A stretch of 64,000 nucleotides of DNA from a virus (IMGVR_UViG_3300037467_003067:1-64000), one strand, 5' to 3'. Shown: positions 28,887 through 39,373, counted from the first letter of the stretch. Translations and numbers: made by a program. Notes: generated from the sequence alone by a model not told the origin.

Positions 28887-30080
28887 ATGCTTCAATACAT
28901 TATTTGTCTCGCATGTTTTGTTGCTTGTCTTGCGTTCCCTCTCGGGGGAAAAGCTCCCAAAATAAATCAAATAACTCACGATACGTGGAATTATTTCAAG
29001 ACTGTCACCTACGCCAATGGGCTCCCAGATGACCGCATGGAGGTCGATAATGGCAAGGTGTTCCTGCCCGATCGCACCTCGCCGACGAACATCGGTCTCT
29101 ACTTGTACGCCGTTTCATGTGCTAAAAGGCTCGACCTGATCGATCAGGTCGAGGCGGTGTCACGAGTCAAGCAAACTCTGACCACTCTATCTCAGATGGA
29201 GCGACATCACGGTTTTTACCTGAATTGGTACAAGGCATCCACAGCATCCACGATGCGCGAGTGGGAGCCAGGACGTTCCCTCGTCCCCTTCCTGTCGTCG
29301 GTGGACAATGCCTGGCTTGCGATCTCTCTCTTCCATGTCGAGCACGAGTACCCCCAGCTTGCGGCATTGACTTCATCGATCCTGGACACCATGGATTTCC
29401 GCTTCTTCTACGATGAAGCGGCAGAATGCTTCTACGGCGGTTACGATACGGCTCGCGACAAGTTCACCGATTATCATTATCGCATCCTCAACAGCGAGAC
29501 GCGGCTGATCAGCTACGTCGCGATCCACGCCGGTCAGGTACCCAAGAGTCATTTGAATAAATTGATTCGTACCAAGCAGGACGGCAGGCTGCTTTCGTGC
29601 TACGGGAGCATGTTCGAAGCTCTGGCGGTTTCGCTTTTCGTACCTGAAATCGAGCAGTCGCCGTTTTGGAGGGCGGAGCTCGCGAATTACCTAGATTATC
29701 AGATCGAAAATTCCATTGATGGGATATGGGGGATATCCTACTCGGACGACACCAAGGGCGTCTACAAGGAATTTGGTCTCAAAAAGCTGTCCCAATATCC
29801 GACCCATTTCGAAATTGATGGTGTCGTGACCCCTTATGCCAGTTTTCTCGCTACGCAGATCAACCCGGAACTCGCTCTTGTGAACATTGCGCGACTGTCC
29901 GGAATGTGCTATTGCGACGGTTACGGATTCTTTGGTGCGTATCGCCCGGCGACCAAGGAGAGGTCAAAGAGCATTTTCACCTTGGAGCAGGGGTGTATCA
30001 TGATGACCCTAGCCGACATGCAAAAAGAAAACCCCTCGAAGAAGATCTTCGAGGGGATGGTGTGCCTGGATTTCCAATGA
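28887..30080 (+). CDS. Secreted glycoamylase-domain enzyme (DUF3131; beta-1,2-glucanase/Cgs cyclisation domain-like)
   Basis: Signal peptide; TWNYF, TSPTNIGLY, LNWY, SSVDNAWL, SETRL, GSMFEAL, VVTPYAS. Confidence 0.8.
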   Translation: MLQYIICLACFVACLAFPLGGKAPKINQITHDTWNYFKTVTYANGLPDDRMEVDNGKVFLPDRTSPTNIGLYLYAVSCAKRLDLIDQVEAVSRVKQTLTTLSQMERHHGFYLNWYKASTASTMREWEPGRSLVPFLSSVDNAWLAISLFHVEHEYPQLAALTSSILDTMDFRFFYDEAAECFYGGYDTARDKFTDYHYRILNSETRLISYVAIHAGQVPKSHLNKLIRTKQDGRLLSCYGSMFEALAVSLFVPEIEQSPFWRAELANYLDYQIENSIDGIWGISYSDDTKGVYKEFGLKKLSQYPTHFEIDGVVTPYASFLATQINPELALVNIARLSGMCYCDGYGFFGAYRPATKERSKSIFTLEQGCIMMTLADMQKENPSKKIFEGMVCLDFQ

Positions 30081-30620
30081 TCAGAGATAGCGTCGGATCA
30101 AGACCCAGCGAGAGTCGAGTTCTGATTCTTGCTGGTCGATTTTAGTCAGATAATCGACCACCTCTTCGACGCTTTCAAAAATCAAGTCAAAGTCGACCAC
30201 ATCGAAAAGCCAGCGTGGCAGCTTGTAGAGTCCACCTTCACAGATCGTGATGATGGGCTTATGCTGCCTCTCGGCTTCGAAGACCTCGTTGAGCGTGCCG
30301 CACTGGTAGACTTCCCTGTCGATTAGGACCACAACTGCATCCGACAGGTCCACGAACCTTAGGTCTTTGCGGCGATAGTCGTGGACGAATTCCCTCAATT
30401 CCTCGAATCGACCTTCCCTCTGTAACTTCTCCTGATAAGCCTTACTCTCAGCAGTCTCATTAGGCGATGCGCCGGGCTTATCTGTGGGGTCGATGATCTT
30501 GATCCCCAATCCTGCCTCATCGACCAATTTCCTGAACTTCTTACGCCATTCGATACCGGCGTCGGGAGCGTATTCCATTGCTCCTGAGGCGTACACGAAA
30601 GCGCCTTCTAATCTACCCAT
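30081..30620 (-). CDS. Nucleoside 2-deoxyribosyltransferase-like protein
   Basis: VYASGAM, WR, DP, DL..VD.SD, GTLNE, KP. Confidence 0.8.
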   Translation of the reverse strand: MGRLEGAFVYASGAMEYAPDAGIEWRKKFRKLVDEAGLGIKIIDPTDKPGASPNETAESKAYQEKLQREGRFEELREFVHDYRRKDLRFVDLSDAVVVLIDREVYQCGTLNEVFEAERQHKPIITICEGGLYKLPRWLFDVVDFDLIFESVEEVVDYLTKIDQQESELDSRWVLIRRYL

Positions 30621-30678
30621 CTTAATTATCCTTTAATTTAACTTAATTATGACTCCATTATAGCGTAAAGGAGAGATT

Positions 30679-31362
30679 ATGCCAAGTGAAGAATTGATAA
30701 AAGAAATCGACAATGTTTTGACGAATGACATCGTGGACCGCCACAGCTTTTTCCAACTCAAGCATTTCGTCTTGGGCAAGGAATGTTCATTCCAAGGCAG
30801 GATGTGGCAATGCCTCCGAGAGATCAGATCAAGAAAATCTTGGATCGAAGGATATATTATCGAGATCGCTGATGCAAAAGACCGGATTGAACTGCTAAAT
30901 ATTGAACAGGATCAGAACACCTTGAACCTAAAAGAGTTCGAAGAATCTACGTCGATTTCCGAGGAACGGAAGAATTTGGCTGCTCGGGAATACAAGGTAA
31001 AAAGCAGGCAGATCGACCGGAAGGTACAAGCTGTCAAGGCATCGATCGAGGCACTTGAGAAGAAGATCGCCGATTACGAAGAAGAGGCTAATTTCTATAT
31101 TTCCGAATTCAAGCAAATCGTCAATGTTGAGCCGTTGAAACCGCTGGACGACCTAGACGCTCAGAAGGAATACTGGACTGCCAAATTGTATCAGGACATT
31201 AACCTGAAGATGCTACTCCAGCAACCCCTCGATCTTGAAACGGTCAAGATGATTCTGACATTGAACGATGACTCGGTTTTGAAGCAGCAGATGGTCGCTT
31301 TGCTCGAAGGCAACCGTAAGGCGATCCAGGCAGAAGCAACGAAGAAACTCCAAGTTCAGTGA
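30679..31362 (+). CDS. Coiled-coil protein, possible fibre-assembly chaperone
   Basis: HSFFQLKHFV...QCLREI then long heptads; AGGAG RBS. Confidence 0.6.
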   Translation: MPSEELIKEIDNVLTNDIVDRHSFFQLKHFVLGKECSFQGRMWQCLREIRSRKSWIEGYIIEIADAKDRIELLNIEQDQNTLNLKEFEESTSISEERKNLAAREYKVKSRQIDRKVQAVKASIEALEKKIADYEEEANFYISEFKQIVNVEPLKPLDDLDAQKEYWTAKLYQDINLKMLLQQPLDLETVKMILTLNDDSVLKQQMVALLEGNRKAIQAEATKKLQVQ

Positions 31363-31368
31363 AATTAA

Positions 31369-32457
31369 ATGCCCACATCATATCAACCAATAAGCAGTCT
31401 AGACGTAGGTTATCTTTCTGGGTTTCTGTCTGTGTATCCAGCAGCGATTGATAACTGGACGACCATGTATCATGCCACCAATAATGCCACCTCTCAATTG
31501 AAACAGAGTTTGGCATACAATGGCAGGCATATCATCTTGTTCGATGGGTCTAATTTCCCAGACCAAGGGATCGTCCGTATCGGTCCACAGGAAGGGCAAC
31601 ATGCGAAGATCGTTACCCCCGACAATGGGTCCTTGGCAGTTGGCAATAACTTCATCCAGCCCGGCAATGCGGAACTGATTGTCTACACTCAGAAGAATGG
31701 CAATGTCCTGACCGGGTTGTATCGTGGGTTCGCGGGTTCGACCCAAGGGCAATGGCCCGCAGGGTCTTACTGTACTGGTGGAGTAATGGCGGAACACCAC
31801 AACGCAGTCAAGGATGCCGTCCTCAATAATGAGGCGAATTTGGGGATAGAGACATCGCCAGCACCGACTTCTTTGAATGGAATCTTGATTTCCTTGGAAC
31901 AACGGTTTTTAACACCTAAACCATTGTTCCGCGCATTCCCACGAAGGGGCGCACCGGCTCTCCGGGTCCGGTTCCAGAATTTCAGCGGCGGCGACCCGAT
32001 CCGTTACCTCTGGGATTTCGGCGACGGGACCAAGTCTAGCGAAATGAGCCCCATCCATACCTATACCAGGGAAGGAGTCTACACGGTTAAGCTCAACGTC
32101 ATCACGTCGCTCGGAGCGCAAGGTATTGCCACCAAGAGCAATTACATCACGGTCTCGGAAGAAGAGGGCGTAACCTTTTTCTATACCGAGAGTCTGACGG
32201 GTATTTCTCAAGAGACTGCCGACCTCCAGAGTGTCGACCCTACTGACTTTGTCTTTGTGGATCAAAGCGAGGGCAACATCATCGAGAGGATTTGGGATTT
32301 CGGTGATAAAAATCGTGTGACCATTTCTGACCCGGATGCTCATACGATTTCGCACCAATACGAAATACCTGGCGAATATGACCCAACATTACTTGTCGTC
32401 TATGATACCCAGCAATTTAAGCGAGTTTTCCTGTCCGATACAATTAAGGTGAATTGA
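31369..32457 (+). CDS. PKD-domain virion appendage protein 1
   Basis: Two WDFGD PKD motifs; shared AEHHN domain. Confidence 0.8.
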   Translation: MPTSYQPISSLDVGYLSGFLSVYPAAIDNWTTMYHATNNATSQLKQSLAYNGRHIILFDGSNFPDQGIVRIGPQEGQHAKIVTPDNGSLAVGNNFIQPGNAELIVYTQKNGNVLTGLYRGFAGSTQGQWPAGSYCTGGVMAEHHNAVKDAVLNNEANLGIETSPAPTSLNGILISLEQRFLTPKPLFRAFPRRGAPALRVRFQNFSGGDPIRYLWDFGDGTKSSEMSPIHTYTREGVYTVKLNVITSLGAQGIATKSNYITVSEEEGVTFFYTESLTGISQETADLQSVDPTDFVFVDQSEGNIIERIWDFGDKNRVTISDPDAHTISHQYEIPGEYDPTLLVVYDTQQFKRVFLSDTIKVN

Positions 32458-34760
32458 TGACAATCCCAGAATCAACAAATTATCCGGTAGCACTCGACAC
32501 GGACGACAATCTCTTTTTGGTCCACGATTCTCTTCGGGTACGCTTGGTCCAGGATTATAACCCCGGCGACACCACCATCTACGTCGAAGGCGACCCGGTG
32601 GTCTTTAGGCGATTCCCGGCGACCGGATTGATCACCCTCACGGAGCAATGCAGCGACATCGACCACCGTGCCCTCTCGTTCTACTACTCCTCGATCGACT
32701 ATACCAACTTTACCTTCGGCGGTCTGGAGTTGCTGGAAGAGTTCGAAGACCTGGATTCGGTCAAGCCTAAGCGGATCACGAACGTGACCCAGAACGTGAT
32801 GGCTCAGCACCACAATTCGCTCAAGGATGCCATCATTGCGATCGAGGATTTCATCGGCGTCAAGGGTACGGTCGATGCCCGTCCATTGGGCGAGACCATG
32901 GAAGGCAGGATCAATTTTCTCCGCAGGTTGGTCCTGTCGCCCAAGGCGTATTTTACCGTGGATAGGACCATTGGTCTCGTGCCGCTCACGGTAAATTTCA
33001 AGGACCTTTCGTTCCGGCTGGGGACCGATAGCGAGTCCCAAGAAGAGGTCGAATATATTTGGGATTTTGGCGACAACACCTCGGATGTTTCTACCACGAT
33101 CACGGCGACTTCGGAGGTACTGCCGTCCTGCGCCAGCGATGTCCTTGTGCAGGATCTTGACGGCGGCACGATCACCAAGACCTATTGTACCCCCGGAATT
33201 TTCGATGTGTCCTTGACTGTGACCAATCAATTCGGCAGCGACACGATCATATTGCCGGGGCTGATCAATGCGCGGGTCGACGCTCCGCAGGAAGCCGTGG
33301 TCGAATATCTTCCTGGAACGACCCAAACCATCTTAGCCAATACGGGCATCTATCAGGCGGGTCAATACATTCCCCCGGTGATCCGTTCGCCGATCAATAC
33401 ATTGATCACCATGAAGATACCACCCGGAGAGAACCCCGATAATCCCGGCTACACGTATGCTGGCGAGGCACTGACCAATTTAGGAAGTGTTGTTGACCCA
33501 ATCGAATCTTATACGTGGGCATTATCGGATGACCTTGAACATTCCGCATTGACCTCATCGACCAAGGCGATCTATAGCATCGGCGGCTCCTACGACATGA
33601 AGTTGAGGGTCGATACCGAATTCGGTGCCTATCGCATTACGACCTATGAGAACAGCATCGATATCGTCGAAACCCATAACCTCTGGCTGTTCAACTACCA
33701 GGTTGGGAGTTCTACCACTGTGATCGGTTATGAGTATGGGTTGATTAGCGAGACCTTCAAGACTTTGCCGACAACGACCTATGCTCCATTGGTCAATGAT
33801 GACTTCCTTTCGGCGTTGCCCAATGCGAATCAGATGACCAATGAATTCAAGCGAAACACCGGTTTTGTCCCCAAGAGCAATATCGCTTCAGGATTGCAGG
33901 GGAATGCCTTGATGTTTTACGCGAGTGGTCGAGATTCGTCCGATCCGATCTCGGCTGAAGCGGTTCATTTCGTGGGCTACAATGGGTTTGCCAACACGTT
34001 CGATTTGACAATTGCCAGTTTTAATCGACCATGGAATTGGGCGAATTTCAATTCAGCAACCACGGCTTATTTCCTCTTGGGGACGCCGACCACGGCGGCA
34101 TCTTCGAATACGTCGCCCGCGAATCCGACGCTCAGCCAATACACGATCAGTTCCGGAGTGAGGATCGACAGTACCTTGACAGCGTCTCAGTTCTCCAATG
34201 GCGCTGATGAATTGCTGGTTAATCCGGCGTTGTTCGACGGCTCGGGGAGCAACGTCTACGGCAATTTCTCGGTCTATCGCAGCGCGTTCAAGAACAATGT
34301 CGGATATATGCTACGAAACGACAACGTTGGTGATTTCTTCAGGATCAAGTCGTTCTATAGAACCAATGGGACGGTGGGGAGCCCGGTTCAGACGATCGCC
34401 AAGTTGGCTGACATGCCTGGACCCACCAAACTGGAGGGGGAACTCCTTTCGCTCACCTCTGGCTTGTTTTTCTTCAACAATTCTGGAAGCATATCGGCAT
34501 ATAATGATGTTGGAGGAGTATGGGAGACGGGCGGTCCAGGGATCAACTCGATCACGTTCCGATCACTTCAGGACCAGACGGTTTCCGGCTTTGATGATGT
34601 GGGACAAAAGTTGCTGGCGGTCTCGGACGGGGACAAGCGGTGCTATCTGTCTTACGACTATAGCCGCTCGGCATTTATCAAGTTCGACGCGAATTCCATG
34701 ACATTCAGTTCCTTGACCAATCGTCCTCCGGGAAATCAGTGGATTGCTGGAATATATTGA
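32454..34760 (+). CDS. PKD-domain virion appendage protein 2
   Basis: WDFGD motif; AQHHN domain; beta-rich C-terminus. Confidence 0.8.
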   Translation: MMTIPESTNYPVALDTDDNLFLVHDSLRVRLVQDYNPGDTTIYVEGDPVVFRRFPATGLITLTEQCSDIDHRALSFYYSSIDYTNFTFGGLELLEEFEDLDSVKPKRITNVTQNVMAQHHNSLKDAIIAIEDFIGVKGTVDARPLGETMEGRINFLRRLVLSPKAYFTVDRTIGLVPLTVNFKDLSFRLGTDSESQEEVEYIWDFGDNTSDVSTTITATSEVLPSCASDVLVQDLDGGTITKTYCTPGIFDVSLTVTNQFGSDTIILPGLINARVDAPQEAVVEYLPGTTQTILANTGIYQAGQYIPPVIRSPINTLITMKIPPGENPDNPGYTYAGEALTNLGSVVDPIESYTWALSDDLEHSALTSSTKAIYSIGGSYDMKLRVDTEFGAYRITTYENSIDIVETHNLWLFNYQVGSSTTVIGYEYGLISETFKTLPTTTYAPLVNDDFLSALPNANQMTNEFKRNTGFVPKSNIASGLQGNALMFYASGRDSSDPISAEAVHFVGYNGFANTFDLTIASFNRPWNWANFNSATTAYFLLGTPTTAASSNTSPANPTLSQYTISSGVRIDSTLTASQFSNGADELLVNPALFDGSGSNVYGNFSVYRSAFKNNVGYMLRNDNVGDFFRIKSFYRTNGTVGSPVQTIAKLADMPGPTKLEGELLSLTSGLFFFNNSGSISAYNDVGGVWETGGPGINSITFRSLQDQTVSGFDDVGQKLLAVSDGDKRCYLSYDYSRSAFIKFDANSMTFSSLTNRPPGNQWIAGIY

Positions 34761-34794
34761 TAGGTAAATTAAATTATAATTCATAGGTAAAAAC

Positions 34795-36711
34795 ATGCCT
34801 CAAGGTTTTCCTCCAATTCCGGTCTATCCCGCTGGGATAGACTCCGATGCCACACTCTTTCGCGTCTATAACACCACAGAAAGCGTGTTGTTGAACAGTA
34901 ACCAGGCGTGGGAAGACCAGATCGAGATCGTTCCGGTGCCTTTGGGATCACCTGAGGTGTGGGCTGACAACGGATTCGCCACGATCTCGGGCGAGATCCT
35001 CTACTACGACGCGGTCGGCAAGACCAATGATGGGCGCGTCAATTTGCTGAAGCGATGTGCCCGGAATCTGGGCGGCTCGCCTACTCGGTACAACCCTGCC
35101 GGGACCTCGATCCGCTCGTTCGTGATTGCGGAACACCACAATCAGCTTGCCCAATCGCTGTTCAATATCGAGGATTTCGTCGGAATCAATTTTGATACCC
35201 GCGCAGAGACGCTAGATTACCGTATACGCCATCTTCAGGCGACCCCGGTACTTTGGGACGATGCGTTGTGCCCCGACGTTACGCTCGATTTTAGGGTGGT
35301 TTCCGTCGACCCTGTCACCGGGACTACTGCAGCCTACAATGTCATCATCAACGGGACATATAATTCGTATCGTTTAGATTTCGGCGACGGCAGTTTCACA
35401 ACATCTTTGCAGTCTGGGACGCACACCTACGCGCCCAACTCGACGATCGACCCGGTGGTCACGGTGAGCAACGATAGTTGCCAGATCACGACCACGAACA
35501 TTGAGCGGACCAGTCAGCAGGAGCCTACGGTGACCGACACGCCACCGTTCACGATTCCGATCCCTGAGTTTCCGCCACCACCGCCGTTCATTTTTCCTCC
35601 AATCGGACCGATCGAACCGATCATTGAATTCCCGCCGATCGTGTTTCCGTGCCTCGATTTTACCCCGTTCCCTGGTATCAATATCTCCATTGGACCTATT
35701 GATATCCAGGTTCCCAGCGTCATCAGCTTCACGCCCCTGAATATTCCGAGCGTGATCTCGATAACGCCCTTGGACATTCCAAGCTTGGTCACAGTGACCC
35801 CGATTGATTTCCCAAGTGTGATCACCTTTAGCAATCCGCCCGATTTCTCTCCGATCGGGTTCGGACCGGCACCATTCATTTCACCGATCGGGTTTGGACC
35901 GCCGCCTCCTATCTCTCCGATCGACATCAACGTTACCGTGACCATCGACGGCAGCGGGGTTCCTTCGTGTATCAGCATGTGTAACAGCGGGGGCTTGGCG
36001 GTTGATTGGGGTTCACCACCCACGCTGAACGTCGCCTTCGTTCATCAACTGGAGAACCAGAGGACATCGTCTCGTTATACTCAAGAAGACCTGGACATGA
36101 TGAAGGAACTTGGGGACGATTATCGCGATTTCTTCCCCGATGCCGACCCGAATTCATTCGAAGTGGAGTACAGTTCTCTTGGTATCCCCTCGGAGATCAA
36201 GATCGTCGCCCCCGAGTTCCCCAAGATTCAACTGGCACATGACCTACCTCAGGAGATTCGCATCGTCAATGGAGATTTTGACCTTGATGGCACGATCAAG
36301 ATACTTTCTCCGGATGTTCCGATTCCTACGGAGATTCAGGTCATTAATCAGAATATTCCGACCTCGATCGAACTAATCGCGGATATTCCTAGTATTATTC
36401 ACGTAGAACATACTATTCCAAATAAGATCATCGTGGAAAGCATCTCCGAGATTCCGAGCGTGATCCGGCTTGACGGGAGCGAGATCCCTGACCAAATCAA
36501 GGTGGTTGGAATTCCCGATACCATAGAATTGGTCTTCCCGCAGAAGGAGATCAAGTTGACTATTGATGATGACCTAGAAGTTCCGCTGGTCTATCGTGGC
36601 GCTCCGATCGAACTCAAGATCGACATGCCCAAGTCCTGGCTGAACGGTGACGATGAGGACGATGATTATCCTCGGGTCAAGATCGTCCCGGCTCCCTGTC
36701 CCAAGAGGTGA
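34795..36711 (+). CDS. PKD-like virion appendage protein 3 with IPxxI repeats
   Basis: LDFGDG, AEHHN domain, Pro/Ile-rich repeats. Confidence 0.78.
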   Translation: MPQGFPPIPVYPAGIDSDATLFRVYNTTESVLLNSNQAWEDQIEIVPVPLGSPEVWADNGFATISGEILYYDAVGKTNDGRVNLLKRCARNLGGSPTRYNPAGTSIRSFVIAEHHNQLAQSLFNIEDFVGINFDTRAETLDYRIRHLQATPVLWDDALCPDVTLDFRVVSVDPVTGTTAAYNVIINGTYNSYRLDFGDGSFTTSLQSGTHTYAPNSTIDPVVTVSNDSCQITTTNIERTSQQEPTVTDTPPFTIPIPEFPPPPPFIFPPIGPIEPIIEFPPIVFPCLDFTPFPGINISIGPIDIQVPSVISFTPLNIPSVISITPLDIPSLVTVTPIDFPSVITFSNPPDFSPIGFGPAPFISPIGFGPPPPISPIDINVTVTIDGSGVPSCISMCNSGGLAVDWGSPPTLNVAFVHQLENQRTSSRYTQEDLDMMKELGDDYRDFFPDADPNSFEVEYSSLGIPSEIKIVAPEFPKIQLAHDLPQEIRIVNGDFDLDGTIKILSPDVPIPTEIQVINQNIPTSIELIADIPSIIHVEHTIPNKIIVESISEIPSVIRLDGSEIPDQIKVVGIPDTIELVFPQKEIKLTIDDDLEVPLVYRGAPIELKIDMPKSWLNGDDEDDDYPRVKIVPAPCPKR

Positions 36712-36712
36712 A

Positions 36713-37576
36713 ATGAGATTAAAGAAACATCCTAATAAAAACACCTATCTCCTCACTGATAGTGGCATATGGGTGCGAGATTTTACGCATCCTTATGCCC
36801 CCTACATCGACATCAATAGGCTGACCTCCCCGCATGACCATAAACATTTGCTGCAGAACGAAATTGAAAACCGGCTTCGCAACATGCAGCACATCGACAC
36901 CGAAGAGGTTAGTCACCCCAAAGTGGTCATCATTTCCGATGGCTATCGTTTCAACGAGAAGCAAGAAATCCTGGCGTCCTTGCCCAAGGATGTCGTGGTC
37001 ATTGCGGTGAATGGCGCGCTGGCGGCGTGGCGATTGTTGGAAGGAGAGAAACGACAGCGAATTCACTACTATGTGGTCAATAATCCTTATCAAGAATGTA
37101 TGAATTTCTTTCCCCGGAAGAATCGTTATTTCACGAAATGTATCGCGTCGATGCGGACTCACCCCGATTTCTTGAGGCAATTTGCCAAGAAGGGGACGAT
37201 GTATCGGTATTTGCCTACTCCTGAGAAGGATTTCATGGGCATGAAATCGGACGCGATCTATCACATCGACGATTACCGTAACCCGATCTGTGCAGCAGTC
37301 GGGCTGGCATATCGCATGGGAGTTGAAAAACTACTTCTTTATTGCTGCGACGATAGTTTTAATGACCACAGGGAAGGAGCGGTCCAATTGGAAAATGGGT
37401 TATTTACCTATCCCCAGCAGATAATTTCCAGGGACATTATCGATGGCAATTTTTATTGGTTAAAATCTCAAGAAGATATTGATGTGCAAATTCGAAATTG
37501 CTCATCTGGACCGGAATATGCGAATGCTCCATATATACAATCGACCGATATAGTGGATTTTTTTCAAGGAATTTAA
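36713..37576 (+). CDS. DUF115/Maf-like glycosyltransferase-fold protein
   Basis: VVIISDG, IAVNGAL, YVVN, AAVGLAYRMGVEKLLLYCCDDSF. Confidence 0.6.
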   Translation: MRLKKHPNKNTYLLTDSGIWVRDFTHPYAPYIDINRLTSPHDHKHLLQNEIENRLRNMQHIDTEEVSHPKVVIISDGYRFNEKQEILASLPKDVVVIAVNGALAAWRLLEGEKRQRIHYYVVNNPYQECMNFFPRKNRYFTKCIASMRTHPDFLRQFAKKGTMYRYLPTPEKDFMGMKSDAIYHIDDYRNPICAAVGLAYRMGVEKLLLYCCDDSFNDHREGAVQLENGLFTYPQQIISRDIIDGNFYWLKSQEDIDVQIRNCSSGPEYANAPYIQSTDIVDFFQGI

Positions 37577-37893
37577 TGAGAAACGGCGAAAAAACCAATC
37601 CAGAAGAACCGTTTTCATTCCATGACTTTAAGAAATGGATGTTGAAAAATGCGACCAATGAATTCCATATTCAGTCGCATAAAAAAGGCATCGGGGTCGA
37701 AGTCGAACCCAAGGTTGGCTTGAAGAAATTACTCAATAGAATGCAAGCCGAGGAGGGCAGCGTTCTGGAGATGGCGCGAGATTTTAGGACCAATGGGGGA
37801 CAGATTGTTGAAATCGATGACCCCTTGGTGATGGTTGAGGTTTCTAGCGGGACATTCATTATCCCTCGGACCTGTATCAGGCGAAAAGACTGA
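37576..37893 (+). CDS. Hypothetical protein
   Basis: TAATG overlap with the previous gene; AAGGA RBS. Confidence 0.7.
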   Translation: MRNGEKTNPEEPFSFHDFKKWMLKNATNEFHIQSHKKGIGVEVEPKVGLKKLLNRMQAEEGSVLEMARDFRTNGGQIVEIDDPLVMVEVSSGTFIIPRTCIRRKD

Positions 37894-37894
37894 T

Positions 37895-38269
37895 TCACTT
37901 TTTTCGCCTGGTCATGATCCTCGTTTGACCCAATCGCTTGGTGTCGATCGTGCCACCATGCTGGAAGTCCATCTCCGGGTTGGCGGCTAAGGGCAATTTG
38001 CGATAACCCCGCTTGAGCAGTCGCTCCTGTAATTCCTTGTAGGATTGGGCTGGCTCAATCCATGGTTCCCAATACATGCGGTTCTCTGCGACGATTGCGC
38101 GGATGGTCTCGGTCATCGTGGGGTCAAGACCAAGCTTGTTTACATCGTCAATCCGGGACGTGATCGGCAACCCTTCGAACGATGCTAGGATTCTGACCCC
38201 CTTCTTGTCCCGCCTCGCCAAGTAGAGGTACAACTTGGTCGGCTGGGGAGTCTGTGCTTTTAATGCCAT
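37895..38269 (-). CDS. Hypothetical protein
   Basis: 124-aa ORF with typical codon usage. Confidence 0.65.
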   Translation of the reverse strand: MALKAQTPQPTKLYLYLARRDKKGVRILASFEGLPITSRIDDVNKLGLDPTMTETIRAIVAENRMYWEPWIEPAQSYKELQERLLKRGYRKLPLAANPEMDFQHGGTIDTKRLGQTRIMTRRKK

Positions 38270-38378
38270 ATAATGTCTCAAATAAAATGTTTAATACTAA
38301 TTGAACACTAGGGTCTCTTGGATCGAATTGACCCAAGAAGTATTTCATCGTTTCTACCGCCTCTTGGGCTTTGTCCAT

Positions 38379-38726
38379 ATGCCAATACCATTAGCTAATT
38401 ACTTGAATATAAAAGATAAAGTCTGTATTAGTTATCCCGGACCTTCGGAAGAATATGTTATCCAACTCGACAGGGCTAGGAATAATATCGAATCCGCATA
38501 TCCCGAGATTGAATTCTATTTCTCTTGTAGATCCGAATTCCTTTATCGCTTCAAAAGCAAGATCAGGGTCGTCGATCTCGAACAACTCCAGTCCAGGAGG
38601 CGGGACTTCGGAATGATCCACGAGATCCGCCGCAACCTGGAGGTCAATCCCGTCATGAATTTCCTCCAGGAATCCGACATCCCATTTGAAAAAATGTGGT
38701 TTGGTCAAGATACGCCCAAAATATAA
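38379..38726 (+). CDS. Hypothetical protein (weak resemblance to a GT9 N-terminal domain)
   Basis: ATG at 38379; ..IESAYPEIEFYFSC. Confidence 0.55.
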   Translation: MPIPLANYLNIKDKVCISYPGPSEEYVIQLDRARNNIESAYPEIEFYFSCRSEFLYRFKSKIRVVDLEQLQSRRRDFGMIHEIRRNLEVNPVMNFLQESDIPFEKMWFGQDTPKI

Positions 38727-38794
38727 GAAAGGAGTATCTATATACCCCGTAGAGATAGCTTAAAAATTGACCTCTTTTTGAAAAGGGAAAACCA

Positions 38795-39373
38795 ATGAGC
38801 GTATTCCGCGTACAACTGTCAAACAGTCAGCAAGGACTCTTGGACGTTGATATGACCACAGGGCTGCCAGTCACCACCAGCATCCAGAGGTCGATCTATG
38901 CAATGGGTCCGCACCGCACTAATCGTTTGCTCAAGGACGGTGATACTTTCACCGACAGCAACTACTGGAAGCGATTTGCTTATCCACAGGTTCCGCTTGA
39001 GGAAGCCTTCATCGCCGTGGTCGAGGACGACGGCAGCGTCTACAGTGACTTCGAGGTCGAGCAGACCTTCCTTAAGAATTACTCTTTGGACATCCCTAAC
39101 GGCAGTACCTACACTGCTACCACGAACATTGCCGACATCCTCGGCGATACCGGTGGATTTGCCGTGTTCACCCAGATCGTGAACAACGGTAGCGGCAACG
39201 TAAGCGTCCGCATCAACGGCTCTGTCGATTCGACCTTCGTCCTCGGTGCCAGCGATGCCCAGATCTTCAATGCCGGTGAACTTGCCGTGACCAAGGTGGC
39301 TTTCGCCAACTCCAGCGGTTCTTCCCAGGCTGTCCAGGTTCTCGTCTCTGTTCGCGCTCAGTCCAACAGCTAA
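38795..39373 (+). CDS. Probable abundant virion structural protein
   Basis: Strong C-ending codon bias, beta-rich, own late-motif promoter and terminator. Confidence 0.65.
   Translation: MSVFRVQLSNSQQGLLDVDMTTGLPVTTSIQRSIYAMGPHRTNRLLKDGDTFTDSNYWKRFAYPQVPLEEAFIAVVEDDGSVYSDFEVEQTFLKNYSLDIPNGSTYTATTNIADILGDTGGFAVFTQIVNNGSGNVSVRINGSVDSTFVLGASDAQIFNAGELAVTKVAFANSSGSSQAVQVLVSVRAQSNS

Noticed and set aside
38148-38378. 76-aa minus-strand ORF whose start abuts the 38379 ATG (CATATG)
   Set aside because: The first 40 aa look protein-like, but it overlaps the 38269 gene by about 120 nt and has no RBS; left uncalled
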